Source of the DNA: Callorhinchus milii
Taxonomy: Eukaryota
Reading direction: 5' to 3'
Assembly: GCF_018977255.1 (NCBI RefSeq)
Contig: NW_024704743.1
Coordinates: 62,436,001-62,500,000 of the forward strand
Length of the DNA stretch: 64,000 nt
Made by a program: the position numbers and the translations under genes. Shown piece by piece: positions 63,950 through 64,000 of the stretch; position 1 is the stretch's first letter; each line of letters opens with the position of its first letter. The notes beneath the pieces were generated by a model, which saw only the letters and a list, made by a program, of their open reading frames with translations, did no database searches and had not been told where the DNA came from.

Positions 63950-64000
63950 ATATGAAAAAGCAACACGTCATAGAGACTCTCATTGGAAAGAAGCAGCAGA
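63950..64000 (+). CDS. CCT5: CCT5 exon 11 (truncated by window end)
   Basis: ttgcag acceptor; (D)MKKQHVIETLIGKKQQ...; phase matches exon 10. Confidence 0.95.

Overview
Vertebrate genomic DNA, most likely a cartilaginous fish of the chimaera/elephant-shark type (inferred from the repeat families, not verified). The window holds two spliced protein-coding genes in head-to-head orientation. ATPSCKMT/FAM173B is on the minus strand with 4 coding exons (30194 to 21800, about 222 aa). CCT5 is on the plus strand with 11 coding exons from 52425, and the last exon runs off the window end. Each gene has its own CpG island, and the two start codons are about 22 kb apart. The rest is rich in transposable elements: a tRNA-headed SINE with an L2-type tail (young and old subfamilies, often nested), Deu-type SINEs, L2 and CR1 LINE fragments, a Tx1/L1-like fragment, a decayed Helitron with its 5' terminus, a Tigger-like MITE and a Penelope-type remnant with a degenerate hammerhead core. 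Several fold-back or templated-insertion structures are visible. I found no convincing novel biological system. The best leads are a possible divergent spliced transcript from the CCT5 promoter, the Helitron, a SINE absorbed into the CCT5 CpG island, and the template-switch scars.
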